DNA of 64,000 nucleotides from Phycisphaerae bacterium (GTDB lineage: Bacteria; Planctomycetota; Phycisphaerae; UBA1845): NCBI GenBank assembly GCA_963666835.2, contig CAXXGO010000001.1:608001-672000 (forward strand), given 5' to 3'. The translations under genes were made by a program, and so were the position numbers. Position 1 is the stretch's first letter, and each line of letters starts with the position of its first letter. The notes beneath the pieces are model-generated. The model saw only the letters and a list, made by a program, of their open reading frames with translations, made no database searches and was not told the DNA's origin. Below are positions 38,110 to 47,409 of the stretch, one piece after another.

Positions 38110-38766
38110 GTCCTTCTCCAATACGGCGGTGGCCCAGGTGGACGGGTCGATGTGCCAGTAGAGGTCGTCGCCTACCGTCAGATACTGCTGGCCGTGGTCC
38201 TGGTCTTCGAGAATGTAGTAAAAGCCGATTCGCGAGTGCTCGACGGGGTCGAAGCCGCTGAGGCACCCGGCCGGGATGAATGCCTCGAGCCCGTATTCCG
38301 ACTTGGCAACCTGTGATGCGACGACGATCTGCTCGGCGGGCACGTGCGGCGCATCCTCGCGGGCGCGTTTGATCTTATTGACCCCGGCGGCGGCCTCGCG
38401 CTTTCGCGGACCCTTGCCGGTGGGAAGGAAGTAGAACTGCTGGCAGAAGCGCGTGGCTCTCTTGTTGGAACGCGCGTCGCGCATATCGGTGCAGAGCCGC
38501 AGGTTGTCCCCGGTCCAGAACGACGCCGGATCACACTTCAACGGGCGGCGCTTTCCGGTCACCCGGCAGGCGATGGCCAGGCCGGTCTTATTCCAGCAGG
38601 CCCACACGTCGGCGAAATCCGGGCGGTGATCCAGTTCCCCGAGCTTGGGGAGCAGCTCGGCATCCGTCCACCCGGAAAGGGTCCCGTCGATCGCGGGCAT
38701 TCTGCTCCGATGACGGAGCGGGAACTCGAAGTCGAACAACAGCCGGTTGGGAATCAGCTCCGTCAT
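38107..38766 (-). CDS. CBM9/DOMON-like sugar-binding-fold conserved protein
   Basis: PAIDGTLSGW, ADVWACWN, YGLEAFIP, GFDP..HSRIGFYY, DPSTW; ATGA-coupled to uvrA. Confidence 0.65.
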   Translation of the reverse strand: MTELIPNRLLFDFEFPLRHRSRMPAIDGTLSGWTDAELLPKLGELDHRPDFADVWACWNKTGLAIACRVTGKRRPLKCDPASFWTGDNLRLCTDMRDARSNKRATRFCQQFYFLPTGKGPRKREAAAGVNKIKRAREDAPHVPAEQIVVASQVAKSEYGLEAFIPAGCLSGFDPVEHSRIGFYYILEDQDHGQQYLTVGDDLYWHIDPSTWATAVLEKD

Positions 38767-41700
38767 GTTGGTTGCGTGCTCCCGTCAAGGTCCAAAGCTC
38801 GGCAGGTGCGCCAAAGCTCGCGCAGTTGTTTCGGGTCGTTCTGGGGCAAAGAGCGCAGCCAGAAGCGGACGCGGTCGTGATCGCGGTGCCGCCTGATCTC
38901 CGGATCCTCGCCGAGCCGGTCGATCTGGGCGGGTGTGACCGTATTCCGCGGAACGCGAAACTCGAGGCGCAAGCCCCGCCCCATGTTAGTGACGATCTTG
39001 CCCGCGGAGTTCTTCTCGCCGGGGACCGTAAACCGGCCCGCAGTGCGGAGAGACCACGTGAAACTCAAGTTCGGCTCCAGAGACTTGAGCCGCCCGACCA
39101 TGGCCATGAGCAACGCCGGCTGCCAGCGAACCACATGCCGCTTGTGAATGGACTTCTGCGACAGATGCCAATCTTGCCCCAGCGTCTTCCAAGGAGCGAT
39201 CTTCTCCGGGGCCTCCTCCGCTTCCCGGATCTGCTCCGCGTACGCCCCGGCCGCGTCCTTTAGGAAGGTGCGGAACGTCCGCTTGTCCACGTCGACGAAG
39301 TCGCGGAGAAACAGCCTGACCTCCTGCCAGCCGGTGTCCGGAGATCGCAGGCGCACGCGATTCCATTGGCCATAGATCGGCAGATCGGAGCGTTGGTCCA
39401 GCGTCTTGACTTTCAATCTGCGGCGTAAGTCGGGCCCGGTGAACGTATCTTCAGCCACACGCAACGCCACCTCGATAAGGTCCTTGCTTCCGGTAAGGAT
39501 GTGACAGAACCATGACTTCTGCCCGGGGGCCTTCAGTTCGATCCGCGAGCGGTGATTCCAATCCGCCGGTGCGAACGAGCCGACGGACTCCATGGTCTCG
39601 ACCAGCCAGACGATCAGTTGCGGATCCCACTCGACGGGGACGCCTTGGTGGTCGACGTGGTCCACGGTGTGCCAGGCTTGACCGTCGCTGTCCCAGGGCA
39701 TCTGCACGTCGCCGCCAAGATCGATGGGACCGGCTAAGGTGGCTTCCATGTCCATTTGCTTGGCGCGATCGAAGACCTCCCGTTCCTCGCGAGGTCCGGC
39801 TTGCAGAACCGGCTTCAGCGCCGCGCCGGTGTGGGATTCCGCGGTTCGGGTCAGAATTTCGGGCGGACCGGATGACACCACGGTGCCACCGGCGTCGCTG
39901 GCCTCCGGCCCCAGATCTATCACCCAGTCGGCGGTCTTTATCACATCGAGGTTGTGCTCGATGCAGACGCACGAGTTGCCCAGATCAACCAGCCGATGGA
40001 GCACGACGAGGAGCTTCTTCAGGTCGTCGAAGTGCAATCCGGTCGTCGGTTCGTCCAGAATATACAGAGTCTTACCAGTCGACGGTCGTCCCAGCTCGGC
40101 CGCGAGTTTCACCCGCTGGGCCTCCCCGCCGGATAAGGTCGGAGCCGGCTGGCCCAGTTGTACGTACCCCAATCCGACGTCGTCGAGGGTCTGGAGCATT
40201 CGCCGGACCTTCGGCACGCTGTCGAACAGACCGAGGGCCTCGCTGACGCGCATGCCCAGCACATCGGCGATACTCTTCCCGCGGTACCCCACTTCGAGGG
40301 TCTCGGGTACGTATCGGGTTCCCTTGCAGTTCTCGCACTCGATCCACACGTCCGGGAGGAAGTGCATTTCGATGCACCGCCGGCCCATCCCCTCGCAGGC
40401 CTCACAGCGCCCACCCGGACGGTTGAAGCTGAAGCGGTTAGCGGAGTACCCGCGGACGCGACTGAGTGGGAGTTTGGCGAACAGCTCGCGGACCGCGTCG
40501 AACAGGCCGGTGTACGTGGCCGGGTTGCTGGTCGGACTGTTGCCGATCGGCGATTGGTCGGCGTTGATGACCTTATCGACGTGTTCGACCCCAGTAATCC
40601 GTTCGTGTCCGCCGGGAACGACTCGGGCGCGGTGGATCCTCGCGGCTAACGCTCTGTGGAGGATCTCGGTTACCAGGGTGCTCTTGCCGCTGCCCGATAC
40701 TCCGGTTACGCAGGTGAAGCGGCTCAGAGGGAACGCGACATCGATCTCTTTTAGGTTATTCGCCCGGGCTCCGTGAACTGTCAACCATTTGTTATAGGAT
40801 TCGTCGACGAGCCGGCGATTGGTCGGCACGGGGATAGCCTGTTTGCCGGATAAGTACTGCCCGGTCAGCGACGCCCGCTTCGTGCGTATTCTCTGTGGGG
40901 CGGCAGCCGCGGTGACCTCGCCACCGAAGGCGCCGGCCCCGGGTCCGAAGTCGAGCACGTGGTCCGCCGAGTCGATGACGTCGCGATCGTGCTCCACGAC
41001 CAGCAGGGTGTTGCCCAAGTCGCGCAGGCGGCGCAGGGCTTCGATCAGCCGGCCGTTGTCGCGGGGATGCAAGCCGATCGTCGGCTCGTCCAGCACGTAC
41101 AGCACTCCGGTCAGTCCGGTGCCGATCTGCGAGGCCAACTGGATACGCTGCGATTCTCCCCCGGATAGCGTCGACGCGGTTCGATGGAGGGATACGTAGT
41201 CCAGCCCGACGTCGACGAGGAAGCGCAGCCGGGAGGTAATTTCGTGGAGCAGCTCGCCGGCGATGCGGCGACCGCGGGCGTCTGGTTTTAGATTATCGAA
41301 CCAGGCCAGCGTCTTGCCGAGCGGCCAGAGGCATACTTCGTGGATCGTGGCTCCGTTTACGCGTACGGCGGCCGCATCGGGGCGGAGGCGTCCGCCCCGG
41401 CAGGCATCGCACGGGACCTCGGTGACCAGCTCTTCCAGGCGTTTGCGGTATTGCCAACTGGAACGCGTCGCGCGGTTGATAGCGGGGAAGAAGCCGTGCC
41501 ATCGGAACCGCAGGCCGGAGGCGCTTCCGGCCTTGCGGCGTTTCTTGTTTGACGGGGCGATCTCTATCCAGTCGTCGTCGCCGCCATGCAGGAAGGACAG
41601 TTGTTGAGTTTCGGATAGCTCGTTCCAGGGTGTGGCTATGTCGAAGCCGAAATGAGCGGCGAGGGCCGACGCGATGGCGCAGAGTTTCGAGCCCGGCGCA

Positions 41701-43832
41701 AGCGGGCCCCAGCCGGCGATGGCGCCGTCGGCCAGGGATTGGGTCGGGTGGACGACGATCGCGGCGGGGCTGGCCCCGCGTTGTACTCCGAGCCCCTCGC
41801 ACGCCTCGCACCATCCCATGCGGCTATTGAACGAGAAGTGGTGCGGACTGAGTTCTTCGTAGCTGGTTCCGCATTGTTCGCACGAGCAGTGCAGAGAGAA
41901 GCGCTGTTCGGTGGATCCGTTCTCGCCTTCCGTCTCGCCCTTGTCGGATTGGACCAGAGCGAGCAGAAGTCCGTTGCCGATCGAGAGGGCTTGCTCCACG
42001 CTGTCGGTGATTCGCGAAGTCTGCCGACGGCGGACGACGATTCGATCGACCACCAGTTCCACCTGATGGTGCCGCCGCCGGTCGATGGTGATCGGTTCGT
42101 CCAGCCGGTACATTCTCCCGTCGATGCGCGCCCGGGCGAAGCCGTTGGCGTGCTCCCTCTGCAGGAGATGGTCGTATGACTCCTGGCCGGTCGGTTCAAT
42201 GGGTGCCAGCAAGATGACGCGGCGGCCTTCACCGAACGCCAGGATCTTCTCCACAATCTCGTCGCTGGTCTGGGAGCCAATCGGGATTCGGCACTTCGGG
42301 CAATAGGGCTTGCCGAGGCGGGGCCAGAGCACGCGCAGGTAGTCGTAAATCTCCGTAACCGTGCCGACCGTGGAGCGCGGGGACTTGCCCGCGGACTTTT
42401 GTTCGATGCACACGGCCGGGGAGAGGCCTTGGATGTGGTCCACGCGCGGCGGTTGCATGCGACTGAGGAACTGGCGGGCGTAAGCGCTGAGCGACTCGAC
42501 GTAACGCCGTTGCCCTTCGCTGTACACGGTGTCGATGGCGAAGCTGGTCTTGCCGCTGCCGCTGGGTCCGCAGCAGACCGTCATCTTACCCCGCGGGACG
42601 TCGACGGTGATGTCTCTGAGATTGTGCTGCTTCGCGCCGGCGACGGTGACGGCGTTTTGGCCTCGCCGCGCGGGCTTTACTGTGCCGGCTGGTTGACGCT
42701 TTCCGTTGGTGCGCGAGAGTTCGAGAAAGGCGCTCCCGGCCAGGGCGGCACGAAGAACGGCACCGGTAGCAGAGCGTTTGGCTTGAGCGACTTCTTCCGG
42801 AGTGCCCGCGGCCACGATCCGTCCGCCGCCGGCTCCGCCCTCCGGTCCGAGATCGATAACCCAATCGGCGGTCTTGATAACGTCGAGATTGTGCTCGATG
42901 ACCACGACCGAGTTACCGGCGTCGACAAAGCCGTGCAGCACGCTCAGCAGGCGTTTGATGTCGTGAAAGTGCAGGCCGGTGGTCGGTTCGTCGAGCAGAT
43001 ACAACGTGCGGCCCGTAGATCTTTTGACCAGTTCGCGCGCGAGTTTTATCCGCTGGGCCTCGCCGCCGGAGAGGGTGGTGGAGGATTGCCCGAGTTTCAT
43101 GTAATCGAGGCCGACGTCGTGGAGGGTGCGGAGCATGCCCGCGACTTTCGGCACCGGCTCGAAGTGCTCCAAGGCCTGGGGGACGTCCATTTCGAGCACG
43201 TCGGCGATGCTCTTGCCTTTGTAGAGGATCTGCAGCGTTTCGCGATTGAAGCGGCGTCCGTCGCAGACGGGGCAGGTGACCCAGATGTCGGCGAGGAAGT
43301 CCATCTCCATGCGGTTGCTGCCGTTGCCCTCGCAGGCTTCGCACCGGCCGCCGCCGCGCGGGCCGGCGGGCACGTTGAAGCTGAACCGGCCGGGCTTGTA
43401 GCCGCGGACTTTGGAGTCCGGGAGTTTGGCGAAAAGGGTGCGGATCTCGTCGAATACCTTGATATAAGTGGCGGGGTTGGAGCGCGGCGTACGGCCGATG
43501 GGTGACTGGTCGATGTCGATGACTTTGTCGAGGTGTTCGATACCCTCGATGCGTTCGTGGTCGCCCGGGTTAACTTTCGTGGCGCCGTTTAGATCACGGG
43601 CGAGCGTCTCGCGGACGATGTCGTTGACGAGTGAGCTCTTGCCGGATCCTGACACTCCCGTGACACAAACGAAGCGGCCCAATGGGAAGTCGACGGTGAT
43701 ATCGCGTAGGTTGTTCTGCCTCGCTCCGACCACCGTGAGCCAGTCGACCTCGCCGTTATGTTGGTCTTGTGTTGGCGGCGGCGCTTTGCGACGCGATGGA
43801 GCTTCGCGATGTTGTCTCTTCTTCCCTTTCAT
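38763..43832 (-). CDS. uvrA: Excinuclease ABC subunit A with three ABC domains and a C-terminal extension
   Basis: GARQNNL, RTPRSNPATY, three Walker A motifs (GVSGSGKS, GPSGSGKT, GVSGSGKS), three LSGGE/DEPT sets, EGQRRYVESLS, zinc fingers. Confidence 0.95.
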   Translation of the reverse strand: MKGKKRQHREAPSRRKAPPPTQDQHNGEVDWLTVVGARQNNLRDITVDFPLGRFVCVTGVSGSGKSSLVNDIVRETLARDLNGATKVNPGDHERIEGIEHLDKVIDIDQSPIGRTPRSNPATYIKVFDEIRTLFAKLPDSKVRGYKPGRFSFNVPAGPRGGGRCEACEGNGSNRMEMDFLADIWVTCPVCDGRRFNRETLQILYKGKSIADVLEMDVPQALEHFEPVPKVAGMLRTLHDVGLDYMKLGQSSTTLSGGEAQRIKLARELVKRSTGRTLYLLDEPTTGLHFHDIKRLLSVLHGFVDAGNSVVVIEHNLDVIKTADWVIDLGPEGGAGGGRIVAAGTPEEVAQAKRSATGAVLRAALAGSAFLELSRTNGKRQPAGTVKPARRGQNAVTVAGAKQHNLRDITVDVPRGKMTVCCGPSGSGKTSFAIDTVYSEGQRRYVESLSAYARQFLSRMQPPRVDHIQGLSPAVCIEQKSAGKSPRSTVGTVTEIYDYLRVLWPRLGKPYCPKCRIPIGSQTSDEIVEKILAFGEGRRVILLAPIEPTGQESYDHLLQREHANGFARARIDGRMYRLDEPITIDRRRHHQVELVVDRIVVRRRQTSRITDSVEQALSIGNGLLLALVQSDKGETEGENGSTEQRFSLHCSCEQCGTSYEELSPHHFSFNSRMGWCEACEGLGVQRGASPAAIVVHPTQSLADGAIAGWGPLAPGSKLCAIASALAAHFGFDIATPWNELSETQQLSFLHGGDDDWIEIAPSNKKRRKAGSASGLRFRWHGFFPAINRATRSSWQYRKRLEELVTEVPCDACRGGRLRPDAAAVRVNGATIHEVCLWPLGKTLAWFDNLKPDARGRRIAGELLHEITSRLRFLVDVGLDYVSLHRTASTLSGGESQRIQLASQIGTGLTGVLYVLDEPTIGLHPRDNGRLIEALRRLRDLGNTLLVVEHDRDVIDSADHVLDFGPGAGAFGGEVTAAAAPQRIRTKRASLTGQYLSGKQAIPVPTNRRLVDESYNKWLTVHGARANNLKEIDVAFPLSRFTCVTGVSGSGKSTLVTEILHRALAARIHRARVVPGGHERITGVEHVDKVINADQSPIGNSPTSNPATYTGLFDAVRELFAKLPLSRVRGYSANRFSFNRPGGRCEACEGMGRRCIEMHFLPDVWIECENCKGTRYVPETLEVGYRGKSIADVLGMRVSEALGLFDSVPKVRRMLQTLDDVGLGYVQLGQPAPTLSGGEAQRVKLAAELGRPSTGKTLYILDEPTTGLHFDDLKKLLVVLHRLVDLGNSCVCIEHNLDVIKTADWVIDLGPEASDAGGTVVSSGPPEILTRTAESHTGAALKPVLQAGPREEREVFDRAKQMDMEATLAGPIDLGGDVQMPWDSDGQAWHTVDHVDHQGVPVEWDPQLIVWLVETMESVGSFAPADWNHRSRIELKAPGQKSWFCHILTGSKDLIEVALRVAEDTFTGPDLRRRLKVKTLDQRSDLPIYGQWNRVRLRSPDTGWQEVRLFLRDFVDVDKRTFRTFLKDAAGAYAEQIREAEEAPEKIAPWKTLGQDWHLSQKSIHKRHVVRWQPALLMAMVGRLKSLEPNLSFTWSLRTAGRFTVPGEKNSAGKIVTNMGRGLRLEFRVPRNTVTPAQIDRLGEDPEIRRHRDHDRVRFWLRSLPQNDPKQLRELWRTCRALDLDGSTQPT

Positions 43833-43921
43833 GCTCGCGTTAATGGCACTCCATCACGTCCGGTTGTTGGGCACCTCTCGGGTGGGCATGGAGCTTGGCC
43901 ATCCCAGGCTGCGGAAAGCCC

Positions 43922-44401
43922 GTAGGGCAGGTCGAGGTACGAGACCTGCCACAATACTCGCTGCGCCGGGTGGCATGGGCCAACTTGTTGGCCCGTGAGG
44001 TGACACGATATCGACATGTTTTCGCGCGACGGGCAACGTTACGGCAGGTCTCGTTCCTCGACCGTGCCCTACGAAACGTGCTAGCCGGGTGGCATGGGCC
44101 AACTTGTTGGCCCGTGAGGTGGCATGATGTCGACATCTCTTCTCTTCGCGCGACGGGCAACGTTACGGCAGGTCTCGTTCCTCGACCGTGCCCTACGAAA
44201 CGTGCTAGCCGGGTGGCATGGGCCAACTTGTTGGCCCGTGAGGTGGCATGATGTCGACATCTCTTAGCGCGACGGGCGACGTTGCGGCAGGTCTCGTTCC
44301 TCGACCGTGCCCTACGAAACGTGCCGGCTGGGTGGCATGGGCCAACTTGTTGGCCCGTGGACTGATGTCGATGCCGGTTTCGTTTCATCGAACATGCTCC
44401 G
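43922..44401. repeat. Composite REP array 2 (units of 119/124/119 bp)
   Basis: Same two REP types as array 1 with different linkers; second palindrome at 43968, 44087, 44211 and 44330. Confidence 0.92.
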
Positions 44402-45212
44402 ATGCCGAACCGGCGCTCATCTCCGACGGCCCGGCCACCATCCGTTCTGCCAGATCGCGAAACGTGGCGATCCCGATCGGCAGACGATTGTCGAGTTTGT
44501 GCAGGATTAGCGAAACCAGGAGCAGCGCAATCCCGGCCGGGATGGCCCCGAAAGCAATGTCCAACCACACGCCGTCTATATACTCGTAACACGTGCAAAG
44601 AGCCAAAGGAGAGACCATACAAGCCAGCATCCCGATCATGCCTGTGAGCATCGTCATTGTTGTAAGTAGCGTCACTTGAAGTTCCGGGATTCGTCCGCCG
44701 GTGATCCAGCGAATCCGAGCCCAGAGCGTCTCGAGCCGCTCGCCGTGAAACCGCTTCCGCAGGCGCGTGCTCGGGGCGAATCGGCGCGTGTCTGGGGCCA
44801 GTTCCCGAGCAACTGCCTCAACTGCCCGAAATGCTCCGACCTGCGCGCATCGGCTTCCCAGGATCGACACCGGTTCGATGGTGACGGTCTCCAGTCGTTC
44901 TGCGATGAACACCGCGAGAGATCGGAACGTGAAGTTGTTCTCGGCGTGCGCTTCCCATCCGGCCGGGGTAAGCGAGGTTCCGAGCAGCTCGTCCCATTCT
45001 GAATCCGCGCAGTGGAAGCCGAAACGCCGCTCGATGCACTCGATGACGTCCGCGAAGTCGATCTCGTCCCAGCAATCAACTGTTCTGAGGACGTTGTCGA
45101 TTCGGTCAGCAGGCAGAAAGGAAACCGGCGCGCCAACGTCTCTCGCGAGTACGTTTTCGACCTCCGCCAGAACGCGAGCTACCAAGTTCTCTGATACTCG
45201 CGGTTCATTCAT
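44385..45212 (-). CDS. Acyl-carrier-like domain membrane protein
   Basis: GGAGAGG RBS; IDFADVIECIERRFG...TFRSLAVFIA, two TM helices, second TFRDLAE motif. Confidence 0.65.
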   Translation of the reverse strand: MNEPRVSENLVARVLAEVENVLARDVGAPVSFLPADRIDNVLRTVDCWDEIDFADVIECIERRFGFHCADSEWDELLGTSLTPAGWEAHAENNFTFRSLAVFIAERLETVTIEPVSILGSRCAQVGAFRAVEAVARELAPDTRRFAPSTRLRKRFHGERLETLWARIRWITGGRIPELQVTLLTTMTMLTGMIGMLACMVSPLALCTCYEYIDGVWLDIAFGAIPAGIALLLVSLILHKLDNRLPIGIATFRDLAERMVAGPSEMSAGSASEHVR

Positions 45213-45288
45213 CGTTCCTCTCCGTACCGGCTCGCGCCGGTTTCGATTCAGTCTTATCCTCTTAGCACGTGCGATGCCCGCCCCCCGG

Positions 45289-45861
45289 TCAGACCCGGGC
45301 CTCATCGCGCAGTTGGCGGAGATCCTCCTCGAGCCCGAGCATCCGGGCCTGTTCGAACAGATAGTCCCAGTCCATGCCCGCACCTTGTACGCGTGCGACC
45401 CCCAAGGCGTTCTCCCATTGCTTGGCGGAACGGGTGTCCTTTCGCCACAACAGCTTCATCAGGATGATATCTTCGGCGGTGACTGTGTAGAAGGCCGGCC
45501 CGTCGGGACCGTACTTGAGCAGCTCGCGCCGCGCTACGATCGAATCGTAGAACGCGCCCGCTTCCAACACCGATAGGTCTACCTTCAGGCCGGAGTCGGT
45601 ATCGATCAGGTTGGCGATGCCGCCGCTCTCGGCGACGTGTTCGAGACGCTCGGCGCTGCGGTAGAACCTCTGAGGAAGCTCCTCGGCGATCTGACGAGCT
45701 TGTGGCACGGTCATACGAAGCACGATGTCCACGTCCTGGCTCTGGAACGGCTCCCCATGTAGCGTGCTGGCCACCGATCCGGTGATGGCGTAGGGTACGG
45801 CCGCCCGGTCGAGCACGTCCACCGTTGCGTGGATTACATCAATCAGGGGATCATCCGGCAT
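45289..45861 (-). CDS. Nucleotidyltransferase-fold protein (DUF6036-like)
   Basis: YAITGSVAS.HGEP..SQDVD, KVDL, AEDIILMKLLW, KQWENALGV. Confidence 0.8.
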   Translation of the reverse strand: MPDDPLIDVIHATVDVLDRAAVPYAITGSVASTLHGEPFQSQDVDIVLRMTVPQARQIAEELPQRFYRSAERLEHVAESGGIANLIDTDSGLKVDLSVLEAGAFYDSIVARRELLKYGPDGPAFYTVTAEDIILMKLLWRKDTRSAKQWENALGVARVQGAGMDWDYLFEQARMLGLEEDLRQLRDEARV

Positions 45862-46078
45862 GTTCAGACTCCGCGTCTTGCTGCGCTTTCTTGATTCGCA
45901 CCATCGTGGCGGTCATTCGGCGAAGGAGCATCATGTTCGCCAGCGGTCCACGGGCTTGGGCGAGGTGGATCTGCATCATCCGATCGCGTTCCTGCGGTGT
46001 CATGGCGCGCAGGTACTCCGCCGTCATGCGCCGCAAGCGCATCGCCCGTTTGATAATGTCAGCGTCCTTCGCAGTCAT
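45851..46078 (-). CDS. Small basic protein coupled to the nucleotidyltransferase (antitoxin-like)
   Basis: 75 aa, LRAMTPQER motif, 11-bp overlap with the NTase gene. Confidence 0.6.
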   Translation of the reverse strand: MTAKDADIIKRAMRLRRMTAEYLRAMTPQERDRMMQIHLAQARGPLANMMLLRRMTATMVRIKKAQQDAESEHAG

Positions 46079-46133
46079 TGCTTTCGCCTGCCGTGGGAGC
46101 TCCGTACCGGTGTTGCCGACCGGGGCACGGCCC

Positions 46134-46430
46134 GGGTGGCATGGGCCAACTCGTTGGCCCGTGAGGTGCCACGCTGTCGAGAGGTCTTCGCGCGACGGGC
46201 AACGTTGCGGCAGGTCTCGTTCCTCGACCGTGCCCTACAAGACGTGCCGACTGGGTGGCATGGGCCAACTTGTTGGCCCGTGAGATCATGTCGATGCCGG
46301 TCTCGTTTCATCGAACACACTCCGTTGGTGGGCAGGCATCCGTTTCCAGCAGGACGTCGTCCAAGCCTGCGTACCACCCGGCGCTTGACCAAGGCCAATC
46401 TGCAGGGCAGGTCGAGGAACGAGGCCTGCC
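46134..46430. repeat. Composite REP array 3
   Basis: 46134-46324 closely matches 44211-44401; degenerate forward REP near 46402-46430. Confidence 0.9.
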
Positions 46431-46440
46431 GCAATGCTGC

Positions 46441-46740
46441 CGGGCTGCGATGAATGTACTCGACAAGAGCCCGCGCCGCATCCGTGTTGGCGAAGTTCCG
46501 ATCGTAACTGCCGCCCTGTTGCCGGAAACGGTGTTCTGTGCGACCCGTGGTTCGGATTACGCTCCGGTGTTCGAGCTAAACTGGATCGTTTTCACTGAGA
46601 TGCCGAATGGTCCGCCAAGGCGCGGACGATTCGACGCTCTTCAGGGTTGCGGCCACTGTGCATCGAGATGAGCGCAGATGCAGCGGGATGTGAACGTGTT
46701 CCGGCATGATGACATACACTCGAAGGTGAAAGCCGTACAT
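46441..46740 (-). pseudogene. REP-associated tyrosine transposase (RAYT/TnpA-Y1) pseudogene
   Basis: Not in the ORF track. One frame reads FHLRVYVIMPEHVH...ENDPV*LEH...RFRQQGGSYDRN...VEYIHRSP with an in-frame TAG at 46578-46576. Confidence 0.88.
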
Positions 46741-46979
46741 GCGTTATGCGCGACCGAGTGCGCTCCGGGTTTCGCGGATCCGAGTTGACATCTCTGCGAG
46801 TTGTTCGGAACATCCGGTCCGATCGGAACGCGGTACGATCTCGGCGGGGTCGTCCGTAGGGGGCGGGGGCACGGCCCGAATCAGGTGGAGCGTTGTTGCC
46901 GGTGGGTGATACGCGCGTCACCTTTCGTTGACGGCACTGCCCGGTTTTGGTGATCAGCCGGGAGACGGAGTGAATCAGA

Positions 46980-47321
46980 GTGGATCAGCCCACGCGCAGT
47001 ATTCCGGAGTGGTTGAGCGAGGGATTCGAGGGCGAACCTACTGACAGCCTGTTGAACAAGCGGGACAACGTCCGCCACGTCTGGGTGTCGTTCGCCTGCG
47101 GTCGAACGGTTGATGACCCCGAGGCCAAGTCCTTCACGGCCAAGACGTTCAACGTCAGCCGGGGTGGCATCGGGATCGTGGTTCGGCAACCGATCGAAGA
47201 GGGGATAACCATCGAGATCGGGCCGGACCAGGGCCTTACCGAGTCAATCCGCGCGAGGGTAATGCACTGCACCCAGACCGTCGGCGGCTATAAGTTGGGT
47301 TGCTTGTTCGTGGACAAATGA
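46980..47321 (+). CDS. Single-domain PilZ protein
   Basis: RDNVR (RxxxR), NVSRGG, ARVMHC...YKLGCLF. Confidence 0.8.
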   Translation: MDQPTRSIPEWLSEGFEGEPTDSLLNKRDNVRHVWVSFACGRTVDDPEAKSFTAKTFNVSRGGIGIVVRQPIEEGITIEIGPDQGLTESIRARVMHCTQTVGGYKLGCLFVDK

Positions 47322-47409
47322 CCTCACATCCGCCCGGCGCAACTCCCGATGATCCGACAATCCTCGCGCTCCGGAACCCGCTCGGAGCCAGGCCCCGCCC
47401 GACGGCCTC

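Noticed and set aside
37556..38316. ORFs spanning the REP arrays (also 43829-44622 and 45860-46453)
   Set aside because: Translations only mirror the DNA repeats
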